From NCBI GenBank assembly GCA_016870395.1, contig VGBT01000007.1, forward strand, positions 17,268 to 81,267: a DNA stretch of 64,000 nt, in the 5' to 3' direction. Position numbers and translations under genes: made by a program. This document shows, one piece after another, positions 31,619 to 40,563 of the stretch; positions within the stretch are counted from its first letter, which is position 1; each line of letters starts with the position of its first letter. The stretch comes from Actinomycetota bacterium (GTDB lineage: Bacteria > Actinomycetota > Acidimicrobiia > IMCC26256 > JAENVU01). The notes beneath the pieces were generated by a model that was given only the letters and a program-made list of their open reading frames with translations, was not told where the DNA came from and did not search any database.

Positions 31619-31694
31619 GCCGGGGTAGCTCAGTTGGTAGAGCAGCGGTCTTGTAAACCGCAGGTCGTCGGTTCGATCCCGACCTCCGGCTCCA
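31619..31694 (+). tRNA. tRNA-Thr(TGT)
   Basis: Acceptor GCCGGGG/CTCCGGC, D-arm TAGCTCAGTTGGTAGAGC, anticodon stem GCGGT/ACCGC with loop CTTGTAA, T-loop GGTTCGATC, encoded CCA. Confidence 0.97.
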
Positions 31695-31774
31695 ATGTCC
31701 CGTCGGTCCGAGCGCGTCCGAGGCGGTGATTCGACGCGTCAAATCGAGCGGCGCGACGAGTAGCGTTCCGGCTC

Positions 31775-32575
31775 GTGCGGGAGATCGTCTGGCGGCACGA
31801 CCCGGCCGCGGGGTATCAGCAGCGACAGCCGCAGACGGTCGCGGATGCTCGCGATCGTCTCGACCGCGGCAACGCGGCGTTCGCAGAGCTCGGCCGATCC
31901 GGCGGCACCCATGTCATCCCCGTCGGTCCGGAGGCGTTTGGGCTTCCGCGCACCGAAGGCGCCGAGCTCGCCCAAGAGCCGTTCGCGGCAGTGCTCGGCT
32001 GCTCCGACGCACGCGTGCCGGTCGAGCTCGTCTTCGGGCAGGCAGCGAACGACCTCTTCGTCGTGCGGGTCGCGGGCAACGTTCCGGGCACTGAGTGCCT
32101 CGGCAGCCTTCACTACGCGGTCCAGAACCTGTCGACGCTCCGGCTGGTCGCCGTGCTCGGGCATACGCGTTGCGGTGCCGTCACCGCGGCCGTGGACGCG
32201 CTGCTCGCGCCGGAGACCTACCTGCGCGTGGTGCACGATCCGGCGCTCCGTGCGATTGTCGACGCGCTGCTCGCGGGTGTGCGCATGGCCGCGCTGACGC
32301 TCGCCGAGGTGCACGGCGCGTCCGTCGTCGGCGCCGCCGGCTACCGCGACGCCCTCGTGGAGATCGCGGTGGTGGCGAATGCCGCGGTCACGGCCGCGGT
32401 GCTCGCCCGCGCCATCGAGCCCGACGTCGTGTTCGGGGTCTTCGATCTGGAGCAGCGGACCGTCGGCGTGTCGGGCCCGCCGGGCTGGACGCCTGGACTC
32501 GCCGACCCGCCCGTCGACGACCAAGCCCTAGGCACGCTACTCCGTGCGCATGCCGCGACAGCCGGCCTGAGCTGA
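31775..32575 (+). CDS. Beta-class carbonic anhydrase
   Basis: [24 protein letters not shown] zinc ligands. Confidence 0.9.
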   Translation: MREIVWRHDPAAGYQQRQPQTVADARDRLDRGNAAFAELGRSGGTHVIPVGPEAFGLPRTEGAELAQEPFAAVLGCSDARVPVELVFGQAANDLFVVRVAGNVPGTECLGSLHYAVQNLSTLRLVAVLGHTRCGAVTAAVDALLAPETYLRVVHDPALRAIVDALLAGVRMAALTLAEVHGASVVGAAGYRDALVEIAVVANAAVTAAVLARAIEPDVVFGVFDLEQRTVGVSGPPGWTPGLADPPVDDQALGTLLRAHAATAGLS

Positions 32576-32658
32576 TCCGGAGCCTCGGATGCCACCCCTC
32601 CGGGTCGTCGAGCCGGTAGGGTCCCAGTGACCGTGATCTCGTCTCCGGTGGTATTCGC

Positions 32659-33195
32659 ATGACCGATCCGAGCGCATCCGAGCCGCGGCCGGGCTGGCCC
32701 CATGCCACGTCCCCGAGTGGTCGCGCCGCAGGCTCCTCCGCCGCGCGCGGCGCAGTCCTCATCGGCATCGCCGTGATCATCGGCATCGTGCTCCTGCAGG
32801 TCATCGACGCCGGCTCCGGTGAACCGATCGGTGACGGTGGCGGCGCGAGCACGGAGACCACCACGACCACCACCACCGGAGCATCGTCGACCACCTCGAC
32901 GACGACCGCGGCGAAGCCGCCGGCCCAGGTGTCCCTGCTCGTGCTCAACGGCTCCGGCAGGAGCGGAGCGGCGACTGCGCTCACCAACACGCTCAAGGCG
33001 AAGGGCTACCCCACGCTGACCCCGGCCGACGCTCCGGCCCGCACCGGTACGGTCGTGTACTTCAAACCGGGTTCCGACCGCGAGTGCGCGACCGTGGCCA
33101 CCGCCGTCGGCGGGAGCCCGAAGGTGGAGGCGATCCCCAGCCCCGCTCCCACAGGCAGCGAGAACGCAAGCTGCGTCGTGCTCCTCGGTTCCTAG
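32659..33195 (+). CDS. LytR C-terminal domain membrane protein
   Basis: Single TM helix, poly-Thr linker, VLNGSGRSGAA, TVVYF, VVLLG and two Cys. Confidence 0.75.
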   Translation: MTDPSASEPRPGWPHATSPSGRAAGSSAARGAVLIGIAVIIGIVLLQVIDAGSGEPIGDGGGASTETTTTTTTGASSTTSTTTAAKPPAQVSLLVLNGSGRSGAATALTNTLKAKGYPTLTPADAPARTGTVVYFKPGSDRECATVATAVGGSPKVEAIPSPAPTGSENASCVVLLGS

Positions 33196-33214
33196 CCGTC
33201 GTATCGGCCGCCGC

Positions 33215-33988
33215 GTGATCGCGGACGCGCTGGTGCCGATCGTCCTCGCGCCGGCGAGCTCGGTGGTGCTCGTCGACTTCGACGGCTCGCTCGCGCCGAT
33301 CGTCGACGACCCCGAGGCCGCCGCGCCGCTGCCCGCCGCCCGTCAAGCCCTGGCCGCGCTCGTCGGGCGCGTCGGGCGCGTCGGTGTCGTGAGCGGGCGT
33401 CCCGCCGAGTTCCTGCGCGCCGCACTCGCGCTCGACGGCGTCGTGCTGGTCGGCCAGTACGGCTTGGAACGGGTCGTCGACCGCAGGGTGGTGGTCGACC
33501 CCCGGGTCGAACGCTACCGAGCGACGGTCGCGACCGTCGCGGCGGAGGCCGAGCGCGCGCTCGCCGGCATCCGCGTCGAGCGCAAGGGCGACGTCGCGGT
33601 CGCGATTCACTGGCGGCAGAACCCCGGCCGCGCGGATGAGGCCCGCCACTGGGCCGACGGTGCCGCGTCCGCTTCGGGCCTTGAGCTGCATCCGGGGCGG
33701 ATGGTTGCGGAGCTGCGCCCGCCGATCGCCGTCGACAAGGGCAGTGCCGTCGAGCTGCTGTGTGCGGGGATGCGCGTCGCGCTGTTCGCCGGGGATGACC
33801 GGGGCGACCTGCCCGCGTTCGACGCCCTCGACCGTCTCGTCGCGGGCGGTGCGCTCGATCAGGCCGTGCGCGTCGGCGTGCGGTCATCCGAGGAGCCGTC
33901 CGAGGTCATCGCCCGGGCCGACCTCCACGTCGACGGTCCCGAAGGCCTCGCCCACCTTCTTCTCGACCTCGCCACTGCAATTCCCTGA
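33215..33988 (+). CDS. otsB: Trehalose-6-phosphate phosphatase (HAD)
   Basis: LVDFDGSLAP, VVSGRP, VERK..AIHWR, ELRP..DKG, FAGDDRGD. Confidence 0.9.
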   Translation: MIADALVPIVLAPASSVVLVDFDGSLAPIVDDPEAAAPLPAARQALAALVGRVGRVGVVSGRPAEFLRAALALDGVVLVGQYGLERVVDRRVVVDPRVERYRATVATVAAEAERALAGIRVERKGDVAVAIHWRQNPGRADEARHWADGAASASGLELHPGRMVAELRPPIAVDKGSAVELLCAGMRVALFAGDDRGDLPAFDALDRLVAGGALDQAVRVGVRSSEEPSEVIARADLHVDGPEGLAHLLLDLATAIP

Positions 33989-33995
33989 CTACATG

Positions 33996-35366
33996 TCAGC
34001 TAGTCGCTTGTCGGATCTGGGTCTCGAGCCAGACGGTCGGGGGGCTCGAGACTGCAGCCTGCCGCAGCCGTGCCGCGCGCACCGCACGCTCGGCGGGCTC
34101 CATCATCAGGCCTTCGTGGAGCGCGGCCGCGGTCTGCACGACGTCGTACGGGTGCACCATGATGCAGCCCCCTTCGAGCACCTCGTAGGCGCCGGCGTCG
34201 CGCGAGAGGCACACCACCCCGTCGTGGCGGTTGACGAGCGGGCCTTCCATCGCCACCAGGTTGAGGCCGTCGCGCACGGGGTTCACGAGGAGCACGTCGC
34301 TGCACACGAGTCCGGCGACCGAGCGTGCGTAGTTGTCGCGCGTGTCCAGCCACACCGGCTCCCAGCCTGGCCGTGCCCAGCGCTCGTTGACCCGAGCCGC
34401 GGCCCGCTCAACTTCGTTGCGGTACGCCTGGTATTCGGGCAGCGACTCACGCGACGGGTTGAGCAGCGCTGCGAAGACGACGCGCTCGCGCAGTTCGGGG
34501 TGCTCCTCGAGCATGAGGTCGTAGGCGTGGAAGCCCCGCACGACGTTCTTCGACAGCTCCATGCGGTCGCTGCGCACCACGAGCGCCCGGTCGCCCACCC
34601 GCTCCTCGAGCGCGGCGATCGCCTGTTGCACCTCGGGGGTGGCGAGGTCGTCGGCGAGCGCTTCGGGGTCGGGTCCGAACGAGGCGGCGTACGTACGCCC
34701 GACGGCACCGTGCGGGCCGAGCACGGAGCGCGCCGAGGCGCGGAACGCGTTGGCCCACCGCTCGGTGTGGAATCCGGCGGTGCAAACGGCGAGCGAGGCG
34801 CAAATCGCGTGAGCGGCGTAGTCGGGCAGGACGCGGATCGTGTTGGGGCCGCAGAACGGTGTGTGTGTGAAGTGCGTGACGTGGAGGTCCGGGCGTGTTT
34901 CTCGCAGAATGCCGGGCACGAGCATGAGGTGAAGGTCCTGGAGCAGCACCGTGTCGGATTCCGGCGCCGTCTCGGCCACCGCCTCGGCGAACGCCTGGTT
35001 GACGGCGACGTAGCCGTGCCATGCGTCGCGCCAGCGACGGTCGTAGAGCGGCCGGCGCGGCAGGTCGTACAGGCCGTGGAAGAGAAACCAGAACGTAGAG
35101 TTCGAGATCACGTCGTAGTGGAGACGATGCGCTTCCCGGTCAAGTGCGAGTAGGCGGAGGTCGAAGTCGGACGCGCGGGCCGCGTCGGTGGCCACCGCGG
35201 CGCGATCGTCTTCGGAGATCGCGGCCGCGATCCAGCGCACGTCCTCGCGGCGCGCCAGGAGCGGTCCGAGCGCGCTGACCACACCCCCCGCGCCCCGACG
35301 GGCCTCGAACGTCTCGTCCTCGCGGGCGCGGAACGTGACGGGGCCGCGGTGCGAGACGACGATCAC
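33996..35366 (-). CDS. otsA: Trehalose-6-phosphate synthase (GT20)
   Basis: VVSHRGP, AGGVVSAL, LQDLHL, HFTHTPF, DRMELSKN, DGLNLVAME. Confidence 0.92.
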   Translation of the reverse strand: MIVVSHRGPVTFRAREDETFEARRGAGGVVSALGPLLARREDVRWIAAAISEDDRAAVATDAARASDFDLRLLALDREAHRLHYDVISNSTFWFLFHGLYDLPRRPLYDRRWRDAWHGYVAVNQAFAEAVAETAPESDTVLLQDLHLMLVPGILRETRPDLHVTHFTHTPFCGPNTIRVLPDYAAHAICASLAVCTAGFHTERWANAFRASARSVLGPHGAVGRTYAASFGPDPEALADDLATPEVQQAIAALEERVGDRALVVRSDRMELSKNVVRGFHAYDLMLEEHPELRERVVFAALLNPSRESLPEYQAYRNEVERAAARVNERWARPGWEPVWLDTRDNYARSVAGLVCSDVLLVNPVRDGLNLVAMEGPLVNRHDGVVCLSRDAGAYEVLEGGCIMVHPYDVVQTAAALHEGLMMEPAERAVRAARLRQAAVSSPPTVWLETQIRQATS

Positions 35367-35369
35367 TGG

Positions 35370-36620
35370 CTAGCCCGCGAGCGATCCGAAGAGGCGAACC
35401 CAGTCCTCGAGCTCGCGGGTCGATAGGAAGTTCTGCCGGACGTGCTCCTTGCCTGCCATACCCATCTCGTCGGCGCGGTCTGGGTTCGCGAGCAGCTCGA
35501 TCGTGCGTCGCGCGCACGACTCGACCGAGTCGACCAGGTAGCCGTCGAGGCCGTCGCGGATCTGGAGCTCGATGCCGCCGGCGCGACCGCCGATCACGGG
35601 CCGGCCCTTCCAGAGACCCTCCGCCACGGTGAGACCGAAGCCCTCCCGCAACGACTTCTGCACCACGACGTCGGCCGCCCGCTGGAACGCGTTGATCTGC
35701 ACGTTGCCGACCTGCTGGATGTTTGACAGCAGATGGATGTCGCGGTCCTGCCCGCGCGCCTCCTCGACTTGCTCCCAGACTCGGAAGCACTCGGGATCGT
35801 CAGTGGCCATCGAGCCCGCGAGCACGAGCTGGGCGTCGGGCACCTCGTCGCGCACGATGCGGAACGCCTCGATCACGCCGACCGGGTCCTTCCACGGGTC
35901 GTATCGGCTGACCTGGCACATGATCGGGCGTGTGGTGTCGATCCCGTACTGCTTGCAGATCTCGGTGACGAAGGGATCGTGGAGGTCGAGGTTCTTCACC
36001 GACAGCGGGTCGATGCACGGCGGTGCGACGACAACGCGCTCGGTGCCGAGCGATGCCGGGACGAACTCGGGCATCGTCCACACCGAGGCGTCATACTGTT
36101 CGACATGGGGAAGGAAGAACTCCCATATGTCTGCGCGCGCATCGGTGAGATCGATGTGACAGCGCCAGATCCAGTGGGTGCCCGGCCGGTTGACGCCCGA
36201 GTAGCCAACGAACGTGAGCAACGCGGCCGGCTGCGGGTCGTGGACGACCACGTAGTCCCAGCTGTCCTCGAGGAGCAGGGCGTTGTCGAGGACCTTCTCC
36301 AGGTACACCTTCTGCATGTCGTGGTTCCACGGCACGTCGGCGCCCTGCAGAGCGTTGTGCACCGCCTTCGTGACGGCGAAGAACTCGTCGCTGCCGTGGA
36401 TCACCTGCCACTCGGCCTCGATGCCCAAGCTGCGCAGGAGGGGCACATGGGTCGCCAGCAGCTCGGCGACGCCACCGCCGTAGGCCGTGGCGTTGACGTG
36501 CAAAATCCGGGCACCGCGCAGTGGCTCGGCCAGCGCGCGAATCCGCTCGACGGTGTCGGCGCCCGCGACCCCTTCGTAGTCGGCGAGGTCCTTCTCGAGC
36601 AGGGGGACGCGTTCGAGCAC
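35370..36620 (-). CDS. treT: Glycosyltransferring trehalose synthase (GT4)
   Basis: HVNATAYGGGVAELL, TKAVHNALQG, HDPQPA, WRCHID, SRYDPWKDP, EGFGLTVAEGLWK; GTG 36620 with GAGGA RBS. Confidence 0.9.
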   Translation of the reverse strand: MLERVPLLEKDLADYEGVAGADTVERIRALAEPLRGARILHVNATAYGGGVAELLATHVPLLRSLGIEAEWQVIHGSDEFFAVTKAVHNALQGADVPWNHDMQKVYLEKVLDNALLLEDSWDYVVVHDPQPAALLTFVGYSGVNRPGTHWIWRCHIDLTDARADIWEFFLPHVEQYDASVWTMPEFVPASLGTERVVVAPPCIDPLSVKNLDLHDPFVTEICKQYGIDTTRPIMCQVSRYDPWKDPVGVIEAFRIVRDEVPDAQLVLAGSMATDDPECFRVWEQVEEARGQDRDIHLLSNIQQVGNVQINAFQRAADVVVQKSLREGFGLTVAEGLWKGRPVIGGRAGGIELQIRDGLDGYLVDSVESCARRTIELLANPDRADEMGMAGKEHVRQNFLSTRELEDWVRLFGSLAG

Positions 36621-36678
36621 CTGGGACTTCCTCGGTCTGATCGGCGCGGGCCATGCCGAAGCGGTCAATCTATCGACC

Positions 36679-37779
36679 GTGATCGGCCGCGCTGTTGCCT
36701 GTCCTGACAAGTTTCGCTCCTCGTTGACCGCAGCCGAGGCCGCGGCCGCGATCGCCCGGGGCCTGCGAACGGCAGGCTTCTCCGAGGTCGTGGAGCTTCC
36801 CCTAGCCGACGGGGGCGAGGGAACGCTCGACGCACTGGTTGCCGCGAAGGGCGGTTCGCGCCGTACGACCAGGGTCGCCGGCCCGCTGGGCGACCCGGTC
36901 GACGCCGAGTGGGCCGTCCTGGCCGACGGCACCGGGGTCGTGGAGATGGCGCGGGCCAGCGGGCGTGCCCTCGTCACCGGAAGGCCCGATCCTCTCAAGG
37001 CCAGTACCCGTGGCACCGGGGAGCTGATCGCGGCTGCGGCTCGGGCGGGCGTACGGCGGATCGTCGTCGGGGTCGGCGGCAGCGCGACCACCGATGGTGG
37101 CCTCGCCGCGGTGGAGGCGCTCGGCTGGTCGCTCGCCGGACTCGACGTGGTGGTCGCGTGCGACGACGTCGGAACCGCGTTCACGGCCTCGGCCGAGGTC
37201 TACGGTCCGCAAAAGGGTGCCTCGGCCGCGCAGGTGGCTCTGCTGACGCGTCGCCTCGAGCAGCTTGCCGCGTTGTATCGCGACCGCACCGGCGTCGACG
37301 TGACGACGCTGGAGGGAGCCGGGGCCGCGGGCGGGCTTGCCGGTGGACTGGCTGCGATCGGCGCGCGTCTCGAGCCCGGCTTCGACGTCGTCGCACACGC
37401 CGCGGGTCTCGAGTTCGAGCTCGAAGGTGCTGAGCTCGTCGTCACCGGGGAGGGCAAGCTCGACGCGACCAGCTTCGCGGGCAAGGTGGCCGGCAGCGTG
37501 CTCGCATGGGCGAACGACCTCGGCGTGCCGCACCGAGCGGTCATCGCGGGCCAAGTCACCGAGGAGGGCCGCCAGGAGGCGCAGGCGTCCACCTCGGCCC
37601 AGGATGGAGCAGACGGGCGCCGGAGCCGACCATCGGAGGAAGCGAGCGTGCTGGGCGATGTGCTCGTTCTCGCGCTGACCGATCGCGTGTGGCAGGCGGG
37701 CGAAGCGTTTTCACGCGCCGCGACGCTCGTCGAGGAGTCGGCGATCGAGGCGGGCCGCCGCGCGCTGGGTCTCGACTGA
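36679..37779 (+). CDS. glxK: Glycerate kinase (GlxK family) carrying an in-frame 21-codon insertion
   Basis: CPDKFRSSL, PLADGGEGT, STRGTGEL, GGSATTDGG, GAGAAGGL, VTGEGKLD. Confidence 0.9.
   Translation: MIGRAVACPDKFRSSLTAAEAAAAIARGLRTAGFSEVVELPLADGGEGTLDALVAAKGGSRRTTRVAGPLGDPVDAEWAVLADGTGVVEMARASGRALVTGRPDPLKASTRGTGELIAAAARAGVRRIVVGVGGSATTDGGLAAVEALGWSLAGLDVVVACDDVGTAFTASAEVYGPQKGASAAQVALLTRRLEQLAALYRDRTGVDVTTLEGAGAAGGLAGGLAAIGARLEPGFDVVAHAAGLEFELEGAELVVTGEGKLDATSFAGKVAGSVLAWANDLGVPHRAVIAGQVTEEGRQEAQASTSAQDGADGRRSRPSEEASVLGDVLVLALTDRVWQAGEAFSRAATLVEESAIEAGRRALGLD
37572..37642 (+). repeat. Dispersed 63-bp hairpin element, copy 2 (inside glycerate kinase CDS)
   Basis: CCAGGAGGCGCAGGCGTC-(22 nt)-GACGGGCGCCGGAGCCGACCATCG then GAGGAAG; 24-nt exact match to 13063-13086. 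Confidence 0.8.
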
Positions 37780-37787
37780 AGCGAGGG

Positions 37788-38717
37788 CTACGCGCTGAGA
37801 CCGCGACCGGCGCGGTAGCCGGCGATGGTCGCGGCGGGTGGCCGCTCGCGGACCTCGATGGTCATCGCCTCGGGCTCGTAGCCCTCGGCGAAGCGGCGGA
37901 GCTCGGCGTGCTCGGCAGGGACGCGATCGAACCCGGCCCGTCGCAGCGCGGTGACGAGGATCGCGGTCGCTTGGGGACCCAGGTCTTCGAGCGGGCGGTT
38001 GCGGTGCTCGCGCACGCCGAGATCGACCTGCGCGGTAGCTCCGAGCCCGAAGCGCTCGACCACGTCGATCAGCATGCCGAGCTCCACGCCCCAACCCTCT
38101 ACGAACGGGACGGACTCGAGGACGTCGCGTCGTCCCGCGTACTCACCGGCGAGGGGCTGGACGAAGCGGACGAGCTGGGGGAACAGCACCGAGATCAGCG
38201 GTCGGGCCACCAGCTCGGTGACTCTCCCACCGCCGTGGGGCTCGGCGTGCAGCGGTCGCTCGTAGAAGCCCTTGACGAACCCGACCTCCGGCGCGGTCAG
38301 CAGTGGGCCGAGGAGCCCGGTGACGAAGTGCGGTCCGAAGTTGCGGATGTCGGCGTCGACCCAGCAGATCACCTCGCCTCGGGAGACGTGCAGCGACTTC
38401 CACATCGCGTTGCCCTTGCCGGAACCGGGCCCGGCCTCGGGGAGCACGTCGGCCTCGGCGAACACGCGGGCGCCCTCCCACGTGGCGACCTCGGCGGTGC
38501 TGTCGGTCGAGCCGTCGTCGATCACGACGACCTCGTCCACCAGGGGCACGGCCTCCATCAGGGTGCGGCGCACGGTCGCGACGATGTGCCCTACTGTGGC
38601 CTCCTCGTCCCGGGCGGGCAGGCACACCGACACCCGGGAACCCGTGCGGGCTTTCGCGGCGGCGAGGTGCTCCGGGTCGAAGGCGTCGTGGCGCCAGGGC
38701 ACGGGGAGGAGCTGCAC
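37788..38717 (-). CDS. gpgS: Glucosyl-3-phosphoglycerate synthase
   Basis: VCLPARDE, DDGSTD, GKGNAMWKSL, WVDAD, GGRVTELVARP, QPLAGEYAG, WGVELG, REHRNRPL; start taken at GTG 38717. Confidence 0.9.
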   Translation of the reverse strand: MQLLPVPWRHDAFDPEHLAAAKARTGSRVSVCLPARDEEATVGHIVATVRRTLMEAVPLVDEVVVIDDGSTDSTAEVATWEGARVFAEADVLPEAGPGSGKGNAMWKSLHVSRGEVICWVDADIRNFGPHFVTGLLGPLLTAPEVGFVKGFYERPLHAEPHGGGRVTELVARPLISVLFPQLVRFVQPLAGEYAGRRDVLESVPFVEGWGVELGMLIDVVERFGLGATAQVDLGVREHRNRPLEDLGPQATAILVTALRRAGFDRVPAEHAELRRFAEGYEPEAMTIEVRERPPAATIAGYRAGRGLSA

Positions 38718-38793
38718 GACCGGCCAGCGTAGGCGGCCCGCCGTTCCTGGTTCGCCCCGGTGGGCGGCGCGGCCTACACTGCTCGGCAACGCG

Positions 38794-38886
38794 CTCATCC
38801 AGAGCGGCCGAGGGACGGGCCCGACGACGCCGCGGCAACCAGCACTCCGGGTAACCGGGGCCAGGTGCCAATGCCCGAACGATGAG
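38794..38886 (+). ncRNA. SAM-I (S-box) riboswitch aptamer
   Basis: P1 CTCATC/GATGAG, ATCCAGAG, GAGGGACGGGCCC, CGGCAACC and GGTGCCAAT consensus blocks in order. Confidence 0.9.
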
Positions 38887-39023
38887 AGAGCCCCGCAGCG
38901 TGGGCCACCGGTCTCCGGTCCTCCGCTCGAGGCGCTCGACCAATGGCGAGCGCGCCGAGCAGGGCAGCCGTGGGCGACCACCCGGGAAGTGGTGGGCGAC
39001 CACCTGGACACAGGAGCACTGAC

Positions 39024-40262
39024 ATGGCCCATGTGGACTCGTTGCGGTGTCGGGAGTGCGGCCGTACCTACGACGTCGCGCCGATCTACACGTGTGAGTG
39101 GTGCTTCGGCCCGCTCGAGTGCGCGTACGACTACGACGCGATCGCCGGCGCGATCAGCCGCGAGAAGATCGCGGCGGGCCCGCCGAGCATCTGGCGGTAC
39201 GCCGATCTCCTGCCCGTCGACCGGAACCCGGCGGTCGATCTCGGTGCCGGGTACTCGCCACTCGTGCGCGCCGACCGGCTCGCCGCGGAGCTCGGCCTCG
39301 GTGAGGTCTGGATCAAGAACGACACGACCAACCCCACGAACTCGTTCAAGGACCGGGTCACCTCGGTGGCGCTCTCGAAGGCGCTCGAGTTCGGCTTCAA
39401 GGTGGCAGCCTGCGCGTCTACCGGCAACCTGGCCAACGCAGTCGCGGCGCACGCCGCGCACGCGGGTCTGCGCAGCTTCGTGTTCGTCCCGGCGAACCTC
39501 GAGGCCGGCAAGATCGTCACCACGGCGGTGTACGGCGGCAACGTCGTCGCGATCGACGGCAATTACGACGACGTGAACCGCCTGTGCGCTGAGCTCGCGG
39601 GCACCTATCCGTGGGCGTTCGTCAACGTGAACGTCCGTACGTACTACGCGGAGGGCTCCAAGACGCTCGCCTACGAGACCGCCGAGCAGCTGGGCTGGGA
39701 GGTCCCCGACCACGTCGTCGTTCCTGTTGCCAGCGGCTCGCTGCTCACCAAGATCCGCAAGGGCTTCGACGAGCTGCACAAAGTCGGCCTGCTCGATGCC
39801 GAGCCCGAGGTGCGGGTGAGCGGTGCACAGGCCCTGGGCTGCTCGCCGGTCGCGGGCGCGTGGCTCGAGCAGATTGACACGATCAAGCCGGTGAAGCCCG
39901 ACACGATCGCCAAGTCGCTCGCGATCGGGAACCCCGCCGACGGCTACTTCGCGCTCGACGCCGTCCGCCAGACGGGTGGGGGGTTCGCCGCGGTCACCGA
40001 CGACGAGGTCGTCGAGGCGATCAGGCTCCTCGCACGGACCGAGGGCATCTTCGCCGAGACGGCAGGGGGCGTGACGATCGCCACCCTCAAGCATCTCGCC
40101 GAGCAGGGGGTCGTGCGGTCCGACGAGCGCGTGGTCGCGTACGTCACCGGCCACGGACTCAAGACGCTCGACGCCGTCCAGGACGTGGTCGGCCCGACCG
40201 CGACCATCGCCCCCAACCTCGACGCGTTTCACGCGGCGTTCGACCGGGAGGACCTCGCCTGA
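39024..40262 (+). CDS. thrC: Threonine synthase-like PLP enzyme with N-terminal Zn ribbon
   Basis: CRECG..CEWC, NPTNSFKDR PLP lysine, ASTGNLA, EGSKT, SLAIGNPADG, VTGHGLK; exact function may differ (see findings). Confidence 0.88.
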   Translation: MAHVDSLRCRECGRTYDVAPIYTCEWCFGPLECAYDYDAIAGAISREKIAAGPPSIWRYADLLPVDRNPAVDLGAGYSPLVRADRLAAELGLGEVWIKNDTTNPTNSFKDRVTSVALSKALEFGFKVAACASTGNLANAVAAHAAHAGLRSFVFVPANLEAGKIVTTAVYGGNVVAIDGNYDDVNRLCAELAGTYPWAFVNVNVRTYYAEGSKTLAYETAEQLGWEVPDHVVVPVASGSLLTKIRKGFDELHKVGLLDAEPEVRVSGAQALGCSPVAGAWLEQIDTIKPVKPDTIAKSLAIGNPADGYFALDAVRQTGGGFAAVTDDEVVEAIRLLARTEGIFAETAGGVTIATLKHLAEQGVVRSDERVVAYVTGHGLKTLDAVQDVVGPTATIAPNLDAFHAAFDREDLA

Positions 40263-40537
40263 TGGGCGTGATCGTTCGCATCCCCACTCAGCTGCGCGAG
40301 CTCTCGGCCGGCGCCGCGGAGATCACCCTGCCAGCAGGCACCGTCGCCGAGCTGCTGGCGGCCCTCGACGCCGCGCACCCCGGCTTCGCGGAGCGCCTCC
40401 ACGACGGCGACGGCCAGCTCCGGCGCTTCGTCAACGTCTTCGTCGCCGACGAGGACATCCGCTTCCTCGACGGGCTCGAGACGCCGGTGGCGGACGGGCA
40501 GGTCGTGAGCATCATCCCCGCCGTCGCCGGGGGCTGA
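40262..40537 (+). CDS. MoaD/ThiS family sulfur carrier protein
   Basis: VRIPTQLR, RRFVNVFV, C-terminal IIPAVAGG diglycine; TGATG-coupled. Confidence 0.92.
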   Translation: MGVIVRIPTQLRELSAGAAEITLPAGTVAELLAALDAAHPGFAERLHDGDGQLRRFVNVFVADEDIRFLDGLETPVADGQVVSIIPAVAGG

Positions 40538-40563
40538 TCCGCCCGGAGGCCGGTGGGGCCGGT

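Noticed and set aside
31619-32575. tRNA-Thr as an integration site for an island
   Set aside because: No integrase and no duplicated tRNA 3' end in the window; downstream genes look like core metabolism
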